Shown here piece by piece: positions 55,869 to 56,825 of a stretch of 56,825 nt of DNA. Source of the DNA: a virus (lineage: Duplodnaviria > Caudoviricetes). Location: positions 1 through 56,825 of the IMG/VR virus record IMGVR_UViG_3300032323_001295, one strand, 5' to 3'. Below the pieces are notes generated by a model that did not search any database, was not told the DNA's origin, and saw only the letters and a program-made list of their open reading frames with translations. Position numbers and translations under genes: made by a program. Within the stretch, counting starts at the first letter, position 1. Every line of letters begins with the position of its first letter.

Positions 55869-56825
55869 ATGGCAAAACAAACGATCAACGTAGGCACGAC
55901 AGCTAACGATAAAAAAGGCGATAGCCTACGTTCCGCGTTCCAAAAAGTCAATGCTAACTTTACAGAACTTTATAATTCGCTAGGCGGAAATATTGGCAAC
56001 ATTGATCTAAGTGCTGTAGATCAACATATTATTCCTGCCACAGACAGTACCTACGATCTAGGAACTCCAGAAAAACAATGGCGTAGTCTGTATGTAAGCA
56101 CTGACACTATCTATATTGATAACACACCGATTACCATCAGCAATAACACACTAGTAGTTGGTGATGTTAATAATCGAGTTACTCTAGCAACAATAGAAGA
56201 TGTTCAAACTATTCCCAAAGGCGACACTGGTGCTACAGGACCCGCTGGTCCTACGGGAGCCACAGGACCACAGGGACCAACAGGTGCTACAGGACCACAG
56301 GGAGCCACAGGCGCACAAGGCGCTACAGGATTACAAGGACCAAAAGGCGATACTGGCGATCAAGGCCCTGCTGGAGCAACGGGCCCACAAGGTGATATTG
56401 GACCGGCTGGCCCTACAGGACCTACAGGACCTAGTGGTGCTGACGGAAGCCCAGGAGCAACAGGACCACGAGGTGATACAGGCGCACAGGGAGCAACTGG
56501 ACCAACCGGCGCACAAGGCGCACCTGGAGCAAAAGGTGACAAAGGTGATACTGGAGCACAAGGTGTTTCAGTAACCTTACAAGGTACTAAGGCACTGATA
56601 GCAGACTTACCAACTCCTGGTGTCGGAGACGACTTTGCCGGACATGGTTGGATCGTTACAGAAGGCGGCGGCGACCTATGGTTCTGGAACTTGACAGATG
56701 CTGAATGGAATAATGTAGGGCCTATCGTTGGTCCACAAGGCGATCAAGGCCCACAGGGCGAAACAGGAAGTACTGGCGCACAAGGCCCACAGGGAGATCC
56801 TGGACCAGCAGGTGCTGATGGAGCA
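55869..56825 (+). CDS. collagen-like virion fibre protein (truncated at window end; not in ORF track)
   Basis: [35 protein letters not shown]; Gly-X-Y run from 56220; frame open to the window end. Confidence 0.85.
   Translation, partial: MAKQTINVGTTANDKKGDSLRSAFQKVNANFTELYNSLGGNIGNIDLSAVDQHIIPATDSTYDLGTPEKQWRSLYVSTDTIYIDNTPITISNNTLVVGDVNNRVTLATIEDVQTIPKGDTGATGPAGPTGATGPQGPTGATGPQGATGAQGATGLQGPKGDTGDQGPAGATGPQGDIGPAGPTGPTGPSGADGSPGATGPRGDTGAQGATGPTGAQGAPGAKGDKGDTGAQGVSVTLQGTKALIADLPTPGVGDDFAGHGWIVTEGGGDLWFWNLTDAEWNNVGPIVGPQGDQGPQGETGSTGAQGPQGDPGPAGADGA
56220..56564 (+). repeat. Gly-X-Y collagen repeat (~38 triplets), resuming near 56720
   Basis: GGN every 9 nt: [21 protein letters not shown]... 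Confidence 0.9.

Noticed and set aside
46577-56574. Short antisense or alternative-frame ORFs within the large structural genes (e.g. 56200-56574)
   Set aside because: By-products of codon bias and Gly-X-Y repeats in the real + strand frames

Overview
This window is part of a large ('jumbo'/huge) tailed dsDNA phage genome, probably T4-like in transcription. It has near-perfect sigma70 early promoters plus a recurrent TAAATA late-promoter motif. The likely host is a proteobacterium, judged from IscU/IscA, RpoZ, PpiC, IF-1 and KdsA homologs. Layout: (1) 1-5.8 kb is a tRNA array (13 tRNAs) interspersed with host-takeover genes (infA, a PTP-like phosphatase, ppiC, an RNA polymerase omega subunit, a metallophosphoesterase) and several unexplained structured RNAs. 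(2) 5.9-33.1 kb holds a tail-fibre-like gene followed by a ~25.6 kb tailoring-enzyme cluster: 9 radical SAM enzymes, 7 2OG-Fe(II) oxygenases, a flavin halogenase, a class III aminotransferase, an amidinotransferase, an SDR, SGNH and GNAT-like proteins, two kinase-like proteins, a QueC-like PP-loop protein and a methyltransferase, largely behind late-type promoters. (3) 33.2-46 kb has an anticodon-less tRNA-shaped RNA, thyX, queD behind a preQ1-I-like pseudoknot, kdsA, glycosyltransferase-like genes, uvsE and iscU/iscA. (4) 46.1 kb to the end encodes large virion/baseplate/fibre proteins, the last a collagen-like protein cut by the window edge. All family calls come from motif reading by eye; no searches were run.
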